Assembly: GCF_006345805.1 (NCBI RefSeq)
Contig: NC_042997.1
Location: 78,864,001-78,928,000, forward strand
DNA: 64,000 bases
Direction: 5' to 3'
Origin: Octopus sinensis
Taxonomy: Eukaryota
A model generated the notes under the pieces. It searched no databases and was not told where the DNA came from. It worked only from the letters and a program-made list of their open reading frames with translations. Positions 37,200-51,899 of the stretch are shown piece after piece (the stretch's first letter is position 1; each line of letters starts with the position of its first letter). Position numbers and translations under genes: made by a program.

Positions 37200-37380
37200 A
37201 TAGACTGGACATTCTCTCTCAAACCATACCCTACTGTCTTTGGAAAAAAGAAAAGACTCGTTAGATAATATAGTCTGGGGATACCACTATATCTGAAAAA
37301 TTATGGTATTGTTGTAGTTGGAATGCCTTTGGTCATAGGTTTACTCAGTCAGGATTGGCTGGGGCAATATAACAATATTG
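37200..37380. repeat. Unclassified dispersed repeat family (AAATAGCAGCCAAAT / CAAATCACACCTTAC type)
   Basis: Related fragments at about 2260-2310, 5850-5970, 28335-28380 and 47430-47480. Confidence 0.5.
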
Positions 37381-39143
37381 TAAAGTCATTTTTGGTATTT
37401 TTAACTTGTTGCCATTGTATATATTTGCAGTATTGGCAATCAGTTTTCTTTATAAGAAATTAAACATAATGCTAGTCATAAAATACTTATTTCAAGAATG
37501 TACATCAATCCAATATACTATTTAAAATGTTTCCTTTCACATTTATATGATTATCATTGAGGTTTTCTTTTATTCCATTTTTTTTTCCACACCTCTACGA
37601 CCACCTTCATTCATGAAGCATGAGTATTTATTCTTTCTGCTTGAAATATTAAACATATTTTACCAGAATACCTGAAGTGTTAACTAACTTTTCATTTCTC
37701 ACTGTCACAATTGTTTCTTTTGCTCATATAACAACAAAGCAAATAATTCACAATATGTAACCAACAGAGTCCTTTGGCTTTGTGATTTTTAACACATTCC
37801 AAGTGTTCTTAACAACTCATCTTGCTTTTCACTTTGAGTTCTTTTTAAAATTATAGTAAGATCTTACTTGTTATTTTTAAGATGTTTATAGGATTGGTCT
37901 CCAGGAATGAGGGAAGATTAGATTATATATTAAACTTTTATATATCCCTATAAAGATAACAAAACAATTCAACACATTTGATGTCAGATATTATTATTAT
38001 GTTTTATAAAAGACAATAAGAAATTATTGTGGAAAATAAGGGAATATGAATGATTGCTATCAGTTTTGATTGTTTTTGCATACATACTAATGTTTGAGAA
38101 ATAATTTATGTGGACAGGAAACTAATATTAGTAGATAAAGTTAAGATTAACATTTCTGTTAGATCACTTTCTATAATTTTAAACTCAGATAAGTCTTGGT
38201 AATAATAACTTATAGAGATGATAACAATGAAGTTCACTTCAGTGTTAAAATAAGAAGACAATAAATTAAGAAAAAATGTAGAGCTGCAAAAAAGATATGT
38301 GATATCTGAAAGTATTAATATAAATAAATGGTATTGAATTCAAATAACACACAATCTTTGTGCTGTGGTTATTTATCACAAAGGCTATGTCCTTCATATT
38401 AAATAAACAGGCATTGAATTTGTCGAAAATCTTTGCAACTTATATTTGAAATCATTATTTTCTATTTTCTGTTGAAATACAACAGACATCCTATGTCTAG
38501 TAAGAATTACATGACCTCTAGCATGTCTACAGCTGATGAATGAATTGAGCAGTGTATTTAGAATTTGAAATAATATTCGTATAGTTGCAAGAGTAAATAA
38601 ATTTTGGCATGAGAGTTTATTTATGAATTCCAATCCTAAATAATTGTGAAATTTAATAAAGTGTTGAAATGAAAATAAATTATAAATTAAAGTCATTCAT
38701 TTACTCATCAACTTCTGCAGCAATTCCATTTGCTTCATCTTAGTTCTCTTTGTCCATTGCCTGCTTGTCAATAAGCAAAGGTCTTACAGTCTTAGGTGTG
38801 TTCGTATGTGAGAGCACTCAGAAAAATATATAATTTAACTGTTGCTTGTTGATAAATGTAACAATAGGATTTATCCATCAACAAGTAGAGTTGCATGGAA
38901 TTTGGCATCAATAGGTGTGTGTTGCTGAAAAGCTTGGTCTCCTTATGGACTGAAAAGAATTTTACCATTTACTATCCGACAGTAGTTAACCTAATTCTGG
39001 GTAGCGTTGGAGCTTAAAGATTATCATCATTGCCAGACACTGTCCATTTTAATAGTGGAATGAAAGCTTCAGCATAAATACCTCCCTCAGTGTAGCTTTG
39101 TATTTTATTTTATCCATGTGACTAAACATTGTAATATCCTTAA

Positions 39144-39363
39144 CCCTTTCGTTACCAACCCGGCTGAAACCGGCTCTGGCTCTGAGTACAAATGTCTTGT
39201 TTTCATAAGTTCTGAATTAAAATCTTCCACCAAAACTTAGTCACAATTTATGTTCCTAACACTAGCTGAATGGTAACTATGTTATTTTACTAAATTCTTT
39301 GTTATATTTAAAGTAATTGAAAGAAACACAGAGCATCTCAAAATAAATACAGTAATGAAAGGG
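39144..39363. mobile_element. piggyBac-like MITE
   Basis: TTAA|CCCTTTCGTTAC ... GTAATGAAAGGG|TTAA. Confidence 0.85.
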
Positions 39364-41372
39364 TTAAACAGGCTGTTCTCTAAGTACCAACCTACAACCA
39401 CCTTGCAGCACTTTTTTTTTAGTGACATGTAAAAATCAAACTAACAAGGCAGCTTCTGTGTGATTACTCAACCCTTTAGAAACAGTGGCCCTGTCTTGTG
39501 AACTGCACATTACTGTTTTTAAAAAATGGCAGTACTTATTGGATGATGTCTTATATACACTATCTGGATAAAAGATTTGATAGTTATGCCTCTGATATAG
39601 CCTGCTACGTCACTGCTAACCCTAGGCTAAATAAATTTACATGTTTACATACCATTTAGAATATTCAGAGAATGATTTTGATTCAACTTTAAAATTTTAT
39701 ATCTGAATGACAAAGTTTTTTTTTCGTTTTGCTTAAACATTTTTTTGTCCTATATAGAATAGTACTTTGTAAATTGAATTTTCAACATTTTAAAGCAAAT
39801 AAATTAAGATATATCACCAAATCCAAAATGGTAATTTATGTAAGCAAAAAATACCACTACGCAGCTTTTATTCTTACATTTATAGGTATTTCCAATGAGT
39901 CTGTGTGCTTATGCATGGACATGCTTATGGCAATGATAAGCGTTGGTGATCAGAAGCAAAATATATTTCATTTTATTATATAAATTATTGATCATAGCCT
40001 ATTTAGAGTAGAGTAATATAATACAGTATTCAAGAGTAATATAATACAGTATTCTATGCAACTTTCTCTTTTCAGAACTTGTGTATGCCCAGAGATAAAT
40101 AACATTCAAAATTTGAGTCTTGTACTTAAGTTTGCATTAAATTATCTTCTTATAGCAATCAAAAATCAAAACTAAACAATTGAGAGACAATATAAAAATA
40201 TTTTAGATTTGATTACCTAATTAGTTCTAGTTGTGTGGTAAAAAGAGGAAATTTTTATCTATAATTTATAATTACTTGGTGTATTAAAACATTTTATCTT
40301 TTTGATGATAAAAGAATTCTTTGTACATAAAAATGAAGCTTACATTTGTGTAAAAACTAATGATTGTGGGATATAACCTGTGAAGTCAAAAAGCTTACAT
40401 AGTAAAGATAATGAATCATACAGTCATATCTAACATCACATTGTGTTTCTCTGTTTCTTGTTTCTACAGGTTTCAGTGACTTTCATTTTGCTTTATTTTT
40501 TGTCAGTTAACATTACATATGATTTGTATTGTCCTCTAAATCTTTCTTCATCACAGATCCCATCAACAAGTTTATAACAAACTTTTTTCAGTTGTGACCC
40601 TTATGTTATCTGTTATCATTTCCATGCTAATATATTCACCTTCTACACTTCAACACACAAACATATTTGAAATGTAGTAAATGATTACGTATATCTCAAG
40701 AGAAGACACAAACCAAGTAAACTTCACACTCACCAGGAAATGGGAAATACAAATGGTTGTGAATACTGTCTTTCCCGGGTGAAGAATGTACCATTCAACA
40801 TAGACTAGTGGTTAGTTACAATTGAATAAGAGCTAGGCAGAGAAAGATGGAAGCTGATAAATCACTATGCTAGAAATAGAACCTTTAACATAGACGACAA
40901 CTGATAGCTTCTACAAGACAACTTGCTGTGAGCTACAGAGCAGCTTTGTGGATGGAGCAAAGTTCCAGCCAGATGATGTGGAGATGTGATAGTAGAAGCA
41001 TAAAAGCTAAGAGAGAGGCCTGAAATGAAAGGAAGAAAGTTAGAGTGTAAGAAACAATGTCAGGTAGTTAGATGAGAAACTAAATACCATATATATTTAG
41101 CAAAGACAGAAATTAAGATTGAAAGGTTTGTTAATGTTCTGGACATGAGGATCAGAGGTCTGGTTTATTCCAGATTGCAAAGTAGTGTCTGTAAGAATAA
41201 AGATGTTGAAAAGTGTTTGTGTGTGTGTGTGAGACAATAGTGGTGTACTTACTTTCAGTAATACTGAAAAGGAAATGCTACTTCAAGAGGTTGATGAATG
41301 AGGAAATGTGTGAGAGAAAGAGAGAGGGACTAACTATTGAAATTGAAGGCTAACAGTTGAAATAGCCATTAA

Positions 41373-41589
41373 CCCTTTAGCATTTAAACTGGCCATATCC
41401 AGCCAAATTATTTTACATGTGTTATGCTCAAACTGGCCAGATCTGGCCTTTCCCATCTATCCTATAATGTCATTCTAAAAATAAACAGTCGCATCAAAAT
41501 CTCGAAGTGACAAGATAATGCTTGATTAATTCAAAACAACATGAATTAATAAGTATTACATTTGACAGAATAATCTGAATACTAAAGAG
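41373..41589. mobile_element. piggyBac-like MITE (second family)
   Basis: TTAA|CCCTTTAGCATTTA ... TGAATACTAAAGAG|TTAA. Confidence 0.8.
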
Positions 41590-41892
41590 TTAAGGAGGAT
41601 ATGAGGGCAGGGAAAGTAGATGGACCATCAAGAATAATTACTGATATGTTATCCTTCAGTGATAGAAAAGGCAGAAAGGAAAAAAACATGTTAGTAGGCC
41701 AGAGGCTGGAGTGTTTTGCAAGACACTTCATGCCAGTCAGTCGAGTGACTCTTTTTGGATGTGGTCGGAGATACCTGTTTATGTTTTGCATGAGGTTAAC
41801 ATTTGCAGGGAAGAGTTACAGTCAATTGAACTACCAATTACTGGTATTTATTTTATTGAATCCAAAGGGATGAAAATCAAAGTCGACAAAGA

Positions 41893-44062
41893 TCATCATC
41901 ATATGTCCGTTGTCCATGCTGGCATGGGTTGGATGGTTTGACTGGGGCTGGCAAGCTGGAAGGCTGTACCAGACTCCAGTCTGATTTGGCATAGTTTCTA
42001 TGGATGGATACCCTTCCTAACCCCAACCACTCTGAGAGTGTAATGGGTGCTTTTACACGCCACTGGCATGGGTGTCATTTACAGGACACCAGTATCTGCC
42101 ACAACTGCAATTTTACTTGGCTTCATGAGTCTTCTTCTCAAGCACGGCATAATGCCAAAAGTCCAATTATTTGTCATTGCCTCCATGAGGTCCAACACTT
42201 GAAAGGAGCTTTCCACATGCCACAGGCATTGGCTACTTTACCTCTGTGAGGCCCAATGCATGCAAGGTGCTTTTTATGTGCCACCAGCATAGGTGCCAGT
42301 TATGTAACACCAGCATAGGTGCCAGTTATGTAACACCAGCATAGGTGCCAGTTATGTAACACCAGCATTGGCCATGACTACAATTTTACTTGGCAGGTCT
42401 TCTCAAGCACAGCATATTGTCAAAGGTCTCAGTTACCAGTCATTGCCTCTGTGAGGCCCAGAGTTCAAAGATCATACTTCATCACCTCGTCCCACATCTT
42501 TCTGGGTCTACCTCTACCATTGGTTCCCTCCACAGTTAGAGATTGGCACTTCTCTACACAGCTGTTCTCATTCATATGCATCACATGACCATACCAGCGC
42601 AGTCGTCCCTCTTGCACACCACATCTGATGTCTCTTAAGTCCAACTTTTCTCTGACATTGCACATTCAGCAAAGCATACTGGCTTCATTTCTTTCAAGCC
42701 TATGTATGTCCTCTGCTGTCACAGTCCATGTATAGCTATTCACACACAAGCATCATACAATCTGCCTTTCACTCTGAGGGAGAGGTCCTTTGTTGCCAGC
42801 AGAGGAGGATCTCTGTGAATTTTACCCAGCCAATTCTAATTCTGACAGTTATGCTCTCAGAGCATCCACCGCTACTACTAACTTGGTCACCTAGATAACG
42901 GATGCTATCTACTACCTCTAGCTTACTCCCCTGGTAGTTGATGGAGTCTATTTTCTGTATATTTTCAATGTTTATTGTACCTGTGCATCTTCCACACACA
43001 AAAACTATTTTTCCTGTTAACCTTCCTCTGATATTGCTGCACCTCTTATGTGTCCATAGCTTACACCAGGTAATCTTATGGAGTTTCTACCTATGCCTTT
43101 TCTACAGATTGAGCAGTACCATCTACCTGAGGGGATTTGTCTGTCTTCTTACTAAGACTTTGGTTTTTGCTAGATTAACTCTAAAGCCCTTTGATTCTTG
43201 ACCTTGCTTCCATACCTGAAACGTCTTCTTTAGTTAAATTCCTCCGCTATTGCCTGTAGGACTATGTTGAACAAGAGGGAGTGCTAAACCAATCCTTGGT
43301 GAACCTACTTGTACCCTGAAGTCGTCACTGTATTTGTTGCCAATCCTCACCTTACTGATCGCATTCCTGATAGCTTGTACAGCTCTCACCAACCACTCAT
43401 CTATTCCTAGTTTCCACATTGACCACTAGATTAAGGGATTGGGGGACCCTGTTAAAGGTTTTCTCCAAGTCAACAAAAGCCAAGTACAGAGGTTTATCTT
43501 TGGCTATGCATTTCTGCAGCTGCCTAACCAGAAATATAGCATCAGTGGTGTTTCTCCCTTGCACAAAATCAAACTGCATCTCATCTAGACTAATTCTCCC
43601 CCTAATTAGTTGGGCTATGACTCTCTCCATAACTTTCATCACCTGATCCAACAATTTGATTGTAATTATTTCTATCTAAGGCATCACCTTTGCCTTTGTA
43701 GCAGTTGACTTACATGTGACTAGACTATAACCTACACCACCAAATATTTTGAGCATCTCAGTGGTGATTCTTGATGGGCTGGGGGCTTTCCCTGTCTTCA
43801 TATCCTTAATTGCTTTATCTACCAAGGTACTGTTTATTTGGATAGGTGGTTCCTCAGTTGGGCAGACTCTCCTCCTCCCATTCATTCTCCATGTTCAGCA
43901 GTCTTTCATAATGACATTTCTTTGCAGAATCATTAAATGCAAGTGAACCATCATCCATGTGGACACAAATTCCTCTTATGACATCATAGTTTTCTCTCAC
44001 AAGCTGTCTTGCAATCCGAAACACTTCAAATTTTTGGTCCTCGGGTCTGGTATTTGAATTCA
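41893..44062 (-). mobile_element. 5'-truncated, decayed RTE LINE with 3' tail
   Basis: ORF pieces 42465-44063 homologous to the RT and C-terminal ORFs of the other copies; (TCA)n tail at 41893; 26-bp tandem repeat at 42282-42368. Confidence 0.92.
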
Positions 44063-46114
44063 AAATGTAGAGAAAACAACTAAAAACTGCAGTTCAGATT
44101 ATCTAAAATTTCTGCTAACTCCTTTTCCTCAAATGTTTGGGCAGCTAAGATTTTTCACCTACAATTTACAAAGTTTTATATTCAATATTTAACATAACCT
44201 GAACATTGCTATTTAACTAGAGATAAGGTAGAGATTAGAAACAGTAGAGGCACTCTCAGGAATGCTAGGGGTTAATTGATCATGAGGTTGATGAGGGAAA
44301 AAAGTTAGAAATGCTGGGGAGAAATATTTTTACATAAAGCAAAATTATTGAAATATCCTTTATGTCATGTCTTATTTCAGTGAAGAATCATGTATCTCAG
44401 CTTGTTAAAACCATATTCAAAGAAAGTTTTTATTCACTACTAATAAACCTATTTCCAAACAACTTTACACCATAATACAAAATCAAATCTTCCAATCTGT
44501 ATATCAGTTACAATATTTAATTCTTAATGTTAAATATGGTACAAGAATAAATGTGGTAGAATACTGAACTGAAGTGTTGCAGTATTTAGTTACATTTCTT
44601 GATTTTTAAAGTTTAAATCCCGCTTTGATCACCTTCCGTTTTTATTCTTATGAAGACATTAAAATAAGTACTGAATATGTGACCTTGTGCCAATAACCAA
44701 AATCAATAATCTAAGTGACTAATATTTATTTATCATAAAATTACAACAGACAGTGAGCTATGAAAATGTAGAAAAGAATTTGATGATTGATATTCAACTA
44801 TATGGATGTCTGTAAATATATGTCAGCTTACTCAATTACATTTTTCACTGCAATGTTGGCCTTGTGCCCAGTTAAAAGAAATCATTATGTCTAACTGTTT
44901 GGAATTGGAAAGAAACAGCTGTTGCATACTATTAAAAAAAAAGTAATATTGTCAGATCCTGAGAGGGTAGAGATATTATCAGTTTATGTTAAAGTTAATT
45001 AAGTATTTTTTAAATTATGAATGCATTCATTTAGGCACATAATTGTGAATGTCACATGAACATAAATTAGTAGCATTTTGAAGAATTTGATAAAAGAGGA
45101 ATTGTGAAATACTTATCTAAAGATGGCAAGTTTGTGGTAGGTATGGCTCTTTGGTTAAGAAGTTTGTTTCATGTTTGATCCCTCTGCACAACTCCTTGGG
45201 CAGGTGTCTTCTAGCATAGACTCTTCTTAAACAAAGCCTTTGCTGTAAAATTAGAACATGGAAATTGCATGAAAGTCTTTTGGAACTTTTCTTGTTATAG
45301 AAGGGTACATATGTTCTATTACTTGGTTTAACTCCACCACTTGGTGCTTTAGCAGAATGCACTGTTACAAGCATTTGGACCAGTTCCTAATCTAATGATA
45401 AGTACTTCCTTCCTCCCATCAGTTTTGAAAACTCTTCAAGGAGTATACTTTCTTCTGACTAGTTCAGTTGGAGTTACAAAAACATGTCACATAATGAACT
45501 CAATAAATAGACGGTTCAAATTGCTAATTTAAAAAAGGTAGATATTCAGTGTTTTGTTGTTTCATACCTGCTTCACTAGTTTGATAAGGGAAAGTATTGT
45601 TTATAGCCTTTTTTTCCAGTATTTCTGAAGTATAGATGTTCAAGGAAAGTTAGTCTAATTGATGTTGTATTGTTGTAGTTTATTAGTACAAGGGAATGTT
45701 GGGCATGTCAATTGGATGCATTTCTTGGGAGGAGGGATAAGGAGAGACTTAGTAGTAGGTGTGATAAGAGGAAAGAGCAGTGATTGCACATTCAAAATAG
45801 TTAACATATATCAGTATAAGGAAATGGACCGTGTTTTGACAGTGGATCAGAGGTTGAAAGATGTTTGTGAATGTTGGTTTTATCAAGTGAATGCCTGTTC
45901 TCATTTTCTTGAATGTTCTGTGTGATACTCATTCTAACCCATCATCAGAAGTATACTTTTAAGCATTACAAAATTTGGCTGTGGGTAAAAACCTAAAACA
46001 TATTCTTTCATTTTTATTGATGTGGAGAAAAAAGAGAGGGAGCTTCCTGAGTTTCACATATCAGTAGCATAGAATATGTTTATATTCTTATTTTATTCAG
46101 TGAGATTTTGTAAT

Positions 46115-46453
46115 TCTTTTATTCTTTTACTTGTTTCATTCATTTGACTGTGGCCATGCTGGAGCTCCTTTTAGCTTGGTACTTCTGTTAGTTTCTTTTG
46201 TCAAACAGCTAAGTTACTGGGACATAGATACACCAACACTGTTGTCAAGCAGTGATGGAGGGGGGAACAGAAAAGGATATACACATATATGTATGACAGG
46301 TTTTTTTCAGTTTTCATCTACCAAATCCATGCACAAGGCTTTGGTCAGCCTGTGGCTATAGTAGATGACACTTACCCAAGGTGCCACGCAGTGGGGCTGA
46401 ACTCAGAATCATGTGGTTGGGAAGCAAGCTTCTTACTACATAGTGATGTCTGC
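46115..46453 (-). mobile_element. SINE family B, decayed
   Basis: Reverse-complement match to the family-B head, body and tail. Confidence 0.8.
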
Positions 46454-48149
46454 AAATTTATTTCACTTTTTCTGATTTATACTTTGTTGTGCATAAAACA
46501 GATATTGTAAGATACCCTTATGTTATTAATAGCTTCTCAAAACTTAAAGCTCCTGAAGAAGAAATCCACACTTTTTTATTGCGACTATGTTAAATAATTT
46601 AGATTTTCTTGACATAACATTGGAGATATTCAGGGAGTGCTGTTGTAGGCTGTTGTCAATGAGTTGTAGGATAGAAATTTGATTTTAGACGTTCTCATAA
46701 ATGAGAAATGAGCACACCTGAGATTGAATGTAGTGATGTCCATATGTGCAAAATTTCAGGAAAATGTAAACTCCTATATTTTTGAAAATTCATTTATTTA
46801 TGTGAATATTTTAGCTCATATCAACCATTTCTCTAATGAAAATAGCAATGTATTTTGTCTAAATGTAGTTTTAGCAGTAGATTTAATTGTAATAATCTTA
46901 GTTATCGTTCAACTACTATGACTAATATCTGTATAAGAAAATGTGATTGTATAAATATAAGCAGTCATTGAAAATAATTCTTATCTTTTGACCACAATAA
47001 TAAAAAGTTCAAACTGAAACAGAAATTATATATATATTCTGATGAATAGAATTTACATAATACAATAACTTGTACAAAAGGAGTGAATTTGACATAATGA
47101 TGCATAATGTGTAGAAATTCAGAATATGTCTTTCTAAACAATACAATAAACTTTGAATGTTAGTTTGTTTCAAATGTCCTGTAGCAATAAACAAATGAAG
47201 TTTGTAGTGTGAGCTGAAGGAAAAACTCCACGAGAGGAGTGCAGTCTCTCTGATAGCTGCTACCTTTGTGAATAACCTTAGTAGTTGTAATTGAAAGATA
47301 AATATGTATTTTATAAAACCATAAGCAATATTTGCTGGATTGAGCTATAGTTCATTGCCAGCTACTCTCAAGTTTGCTTGAGACACTATCACTAAACATG
47401 AAAACTTTCAATATCTCAAGCCAACAAAGGAACTCCTTTATGGTTGCTCAACCTGCAAGTAATAGCAGCCAAATTTCAGTAAGAGATAGAAAATAAGTAA
47501 AATTGCTGTGGTTTATATGGAAGTTGAAGTGCGTAAGGTTAATGCATCTAAGAATATATTTTGGATGTAACTACTTAAAGAGGAACAAATGGTTTTATTT
47601 AATTTTTTTCATAAATTTATTCATTTATCTGTTGTGATTCTTCTTTGTTACAATAATCTAAACAGCTGGTTTAGCTAGATGTTGTAAGTTCTGTTTCTTT
47701 GGACACTTGATGAGTCTTCATATTCTGTTAGCTATTTACATAATAGTCAGTGAGAATATTTGAAACTTTTTTATGTACAACATAATGAGGAAATACAGAG
47801 GATATAATTGACAATATTTAACAAGTTATGACCATTGTCCTTACTCTTAAGGCATAGTGATGGTAAAAATAACTGGTGTGTAATGTTGCAAAACATGATT
47901 ACCTTGTAATATTGATCTTGTTTTGTTATATATAAAAAAAAAAAATAAAAACATTATTATTTGCATGCAACCTATTCCAAAGTCTAACTTTTATGACTAT
48001 TTCAAATGGTAGTTATGAAATTATCCCTTGTAACTTAAGATTGAATTTCATGAGAAACTTTTGTGTCTCATGAAATTGATTCATAAATATGAAACATAGC
48101 TTATAAATAGTTTAGATGAAGTTAGAAGCTACTTATATTTTTGGTGTAC

Positions 48150-48802
48150 ATTAAAGGTGTCTAGTTGTCAATCTCAGGACATGTACCAAGAGTGATAAAA
48201 ATCAAACATGCAGTCAACATCATGGTGTTTGGCATGATCACTAGTGATGGTGATGTCATGCCTCCATTCATCTTCCCACATAGCCTCAGACTCAACACAG
48301 AGGCCTACATCAAGTGCCTGAAGGAGGTAGTGCTGTCCTGGGTCAAGAGGGTGGCTGCTGGAAGACCCTCTGTCTGGCAATAGGACCCTGTATCATACCA
48401 CAAAAGCAGGAGAACCCGGTCATGGCTGTCAGACAATTTCTGTGACCATATCACTCCTAACATCTGGCCACCTAATTCCCAGACTGCAACCCCCTTAATT
48501 ATTATGTGTGGGTTGCAGTTGAGTGAGAGACCAACAAAACTCCTTGTAACACCAATGATGAACTAAAGGCAAGGATTATGGCAGTGTTCACCAACTTCAA
48601 AGAGACCATCAAGAAGAGTTGCAGGAGATTCCAAAGTTGTCTGGAAGATGTGGTTGAAGTCAGTGGCGATTTTATTGAATAAATTCACTTTTTAGTATTT
48701 CAATATATTTTTATGTAATTTTGGTTAATTTATTTAAAATGAGATGTCAGTATTATTTTCATTTTTGCATAATTTAGACAACAGTTTATTCACTGCATCC
48801 TG
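48150..48802 (+). mobile_element. Tc1/mariner-superfamily (DD37D/maT-like) transposase C-terminal remnant with right TIR
   Basis: IMVFGMITSDGDVMPPFIF...WQ*D...WPPNSPDCNPLNYYVW; ends CACTGCATCCTG|TA. Confidence 0.8.
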
Positions 48803-48823
48803 TATATATATATATATATTTGT

Positions 48824-49076
48824 GGAGGTGCGTGGCTTAGTGGTTAGGGTGTCAGCACCATGATCATAAGATTGTGGTTTTGATTCCTGGACTAGGTGAC
48901 GCGTTGTGTTCTTGAGCAAAACACTTCATTTCACGTTGCTCCAGTCCACTCAGCTGACAAAAATGAGTAACGCTGCGATAGACTGGCGTCCCATCCAGCT
49001 GGGGAACACATACACCATAGAACCCAGGAAATCCGGCCCATGAGCCTGACTAGGCTTTGAAAAGGGTGTATTTATT

Positions 49077-49078
<2 letters not shown>
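48824..49078 (+). mobile_element. tRNA-headed SINE family C
   Basis: A-box TGGCTTAGTGGTT, B-box GGTTTTGATTCC, (TTTA)n tail; sits within TA repeats. Confidence 0.85.
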
Positions 49079-49118
<40 letters not shown>

Positions 49119-49129
49119 GATATATATAA

Positions 49130-49184
<55 letters not shown>

Positions 49185-49227
49185 CACACACACACATATA
49201 TATACATATAGATATATATATATATTA

Positions 49228-51608
49228 TGTCAACATCGATAGCTCGGAAATTGAAATTATTATGCATGCGAGGAAATCGCTTCTTTTTTTCGAGGATTCC
49301 ACCTGGATTAAGAAGACTGAGGATTCTCTTTTCGATGTACCGATGGGGGCATACGACGGGGCTGAATTATGTATGCTCATAGGAGCCTTTATTCTCCATA
49401 ATCTAAAAATAGAATTCCCATTTATAGATGCAGGTTTATATAGGGATGACGGCCTTATAGCCACGCATAATCTAAACGGCCATGAATCAGATAGACTTAG
49501 GAAGGACCTTATAGCTTTCTTTCAAAGGATGGGCTTACGGATTACGATAGATGCTAACCTGATAGTGTAGATTTTTTAGACGTAAATTTTAATGTAAGAT
49601 CGGATAGATTTAAACCTTTCCGTAAGCCCAATGAAAAGCTATCGTATATTAGCAAAGATTCGAACCATCCACCAGTTATCCTTAGCAACTTAGTCAGCAA
49701 TGTAGGTAGAAGAATATCTTCAATTTCTTCGGACGAGGCAGCATTCCATAATGCTGCACCTTATTACGATAGCGCATTAAAGAATAGTGGATTCTCGGAG
49801 AAGATCCAGTTCAACCAGCTTAATGCTAATAATAATGCTGCACGAAGAACTAGGACCAGGAAAGTTTTGTGGTTCAACCCGGCTTTCATTTGGCCGTAAA
49901 GACTAATATAGGTAAGGAATTTTTGAGATTAGTCTCTAAGCATTTTAAGCAGGGTCATAAATTTACAGAATATTTAATAGAAGAACCCTGAAGGTTAGCT
50001 ATTCTTGTTGCAGAAATTTCGCCTCTTACATTTGCCAACATAATAGGAAGCTAATGAGATTAGACATGGTGCCGAGCCCATTAAGAAATGTAATTGCAAA
50101 AACGAAAGCTCCTGTCCGTTAGAAGGGAAATGTCTAGTGAAAGGAGTAGTTTATAGAGCCAAGGTGCAAGTGGAAGGCTCATCGGAATACAAGACATACA
50201 CAGGGGCTTCAGAAAATTCATTTAAAACAAGATTTTATTCTCATAAGAATTCTTTTAAATACCCAGAGAATAGGAAGAAAACCAGCCTAGCAAAATACGT
50301 CTGGGAACTAAAAGAAAAGGAAGCCCCACCTTTCAACGTGACATGGAGCATTCTGGACAGGGCGGCACCATACAGGCATGGAGCTTACAAATATAATTTC
50401 AAGTGCAGACTTTGCCTATTAGAGAAAATGCACATCTTATTCAAAGACAATAATTCTTTGAATCAAAGAAGTGAGTTAATGAACTTATGTAGGCACGCGG
50501 CTAAATTTAAAATGTCGAATATAAATATACCATATGGATAGAGTATATTTTGTATTTTTGATTTTGATTTTGACTCTTGAGCGCTACGACGGATTTATAG
50601 CAAAGTCTTATGTTTCTACATATATATTAGGAAAAACCTACAAACTTTGTTTTCATGTTATTGTATTGCATAGGATTACCTTGATTATTTATATTACCTT
50701 GATTATTTATAAATGACCCGAAATAGGATGTTATTTTATTTTATATGTCTTTCATATATATTTTTATTAATGCACCCATTTTTTAAAAGCAATGTTTTTT
50801 TAAAAAAAAGCAATGTTGTCAAAATTAGAATGTTTATATAAGTATGTGTATAGCAAAGCATATGTATTTGTAAGCATGCGTATCTGTGTATGTGTAAGTG
50901 AAAGTATGTTTGTGCTTAAGCACACATATACACAACGGTATGTATATGTATCCATTCAAACTTGTGTATGTATACTGGCCTCTATAGATGCCAATAACAT
51001 CGTTACAAGTTTTCTCCACCCCTCCTTCGTTCCTTTTTCTCTCTTTCCCTTTCTTTCGTTCCCCCTCCTTGCTCAGTATATGAGAATTGCTACATAGATG
51101 AATTTTAGCTTGCGTGCGAGACGGTTTGCGTGAATATATGTACACATGCTTTTATGTGTATATTTAAATTCATATTCATACGTCTGTATATGTATGTATG
51201 GCGTTTACGCGCATCCTTTTGTGTATGTTGATATATATATGTAGATTTTAATATAAATATGTATTGCAGTATTTATAACAGGTTTATTTCTATGCATTAA
51301 TTTGGACTGTCTTCATTAACGGCAATAGGTTTTTTCCTCGGTTTTTTCCTCGGATTTTATAATTTTTATAAGTTTTTTTATATATATATATACATATATT
51401 TTTGACCTTTTTGTTTATCGCTCGAAGATTGACCGTTTTTTCTAAAGGGCCAATCAAACAAGTCCATTTCTTTTTAAAGGTGTAGCGTTGTAAGAGTATA
51501 GATTGAATTAATATATAAGTTCCATTCTAGCAAAAACTGTCTGATGAACGGCAACGAGTAACTCAGAGTAACAGATTTGGTTGAATTTTCTGCTGCTTAA
51601 AATAAAGC
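49228..51608 (+). mobile_element. 5'-truncated Penelope-like element: RT C-half, GIY-YIG endonuclease and 3' pLTR-like region
   Basis: FDVPMGAYDGAE, LYRDDGL, DFLD, SNHPP; GVVYRAKV...YTGASENSFKTRFYSH...CRLCLLEK; few frameshifts; hammerhead-like motif near the 3' end. Confidence 0.9.
51537..51574 (+). ncRNA. Minimal hammerhead-like motif with GUAA in place of GAAA
   Basis: CTGT-CTGATGA-A-CG(GCAA)CG-A-GTAA-CTCAGAG-TA-ACAG; 4-bp stem I; GUA triplet ending at 51570. Confidence 0.55.
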
Positions 51609-51640
<32 letters not shown>

Positions 51641-51829
51641 TATGTATTTATATATATATATATATGTATTTATATATATATATATGTATTTAATATATAT
51701 ATATATATATGTATTTATATATATATACATATATGTATTTATATATATATATACATATATATATTATATATATATATATACATATATATATATTATATAT
51801 ATACATATATATATATACATATATATATT

Positions 51830-51865
51830 AGTATTGTCCCTTTGATCCCCTGGTCGACAGTTTGC

Positions 51866-51899
<34 letters not shown>

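Noticed and set aside
42282-42368. 26-bp and 34-bp (63896) direct repeats as CRISPR-like arrays
   Set aside because: Head-to-tail tandem units without spacers, inside eukaryotic LINE UTRs.
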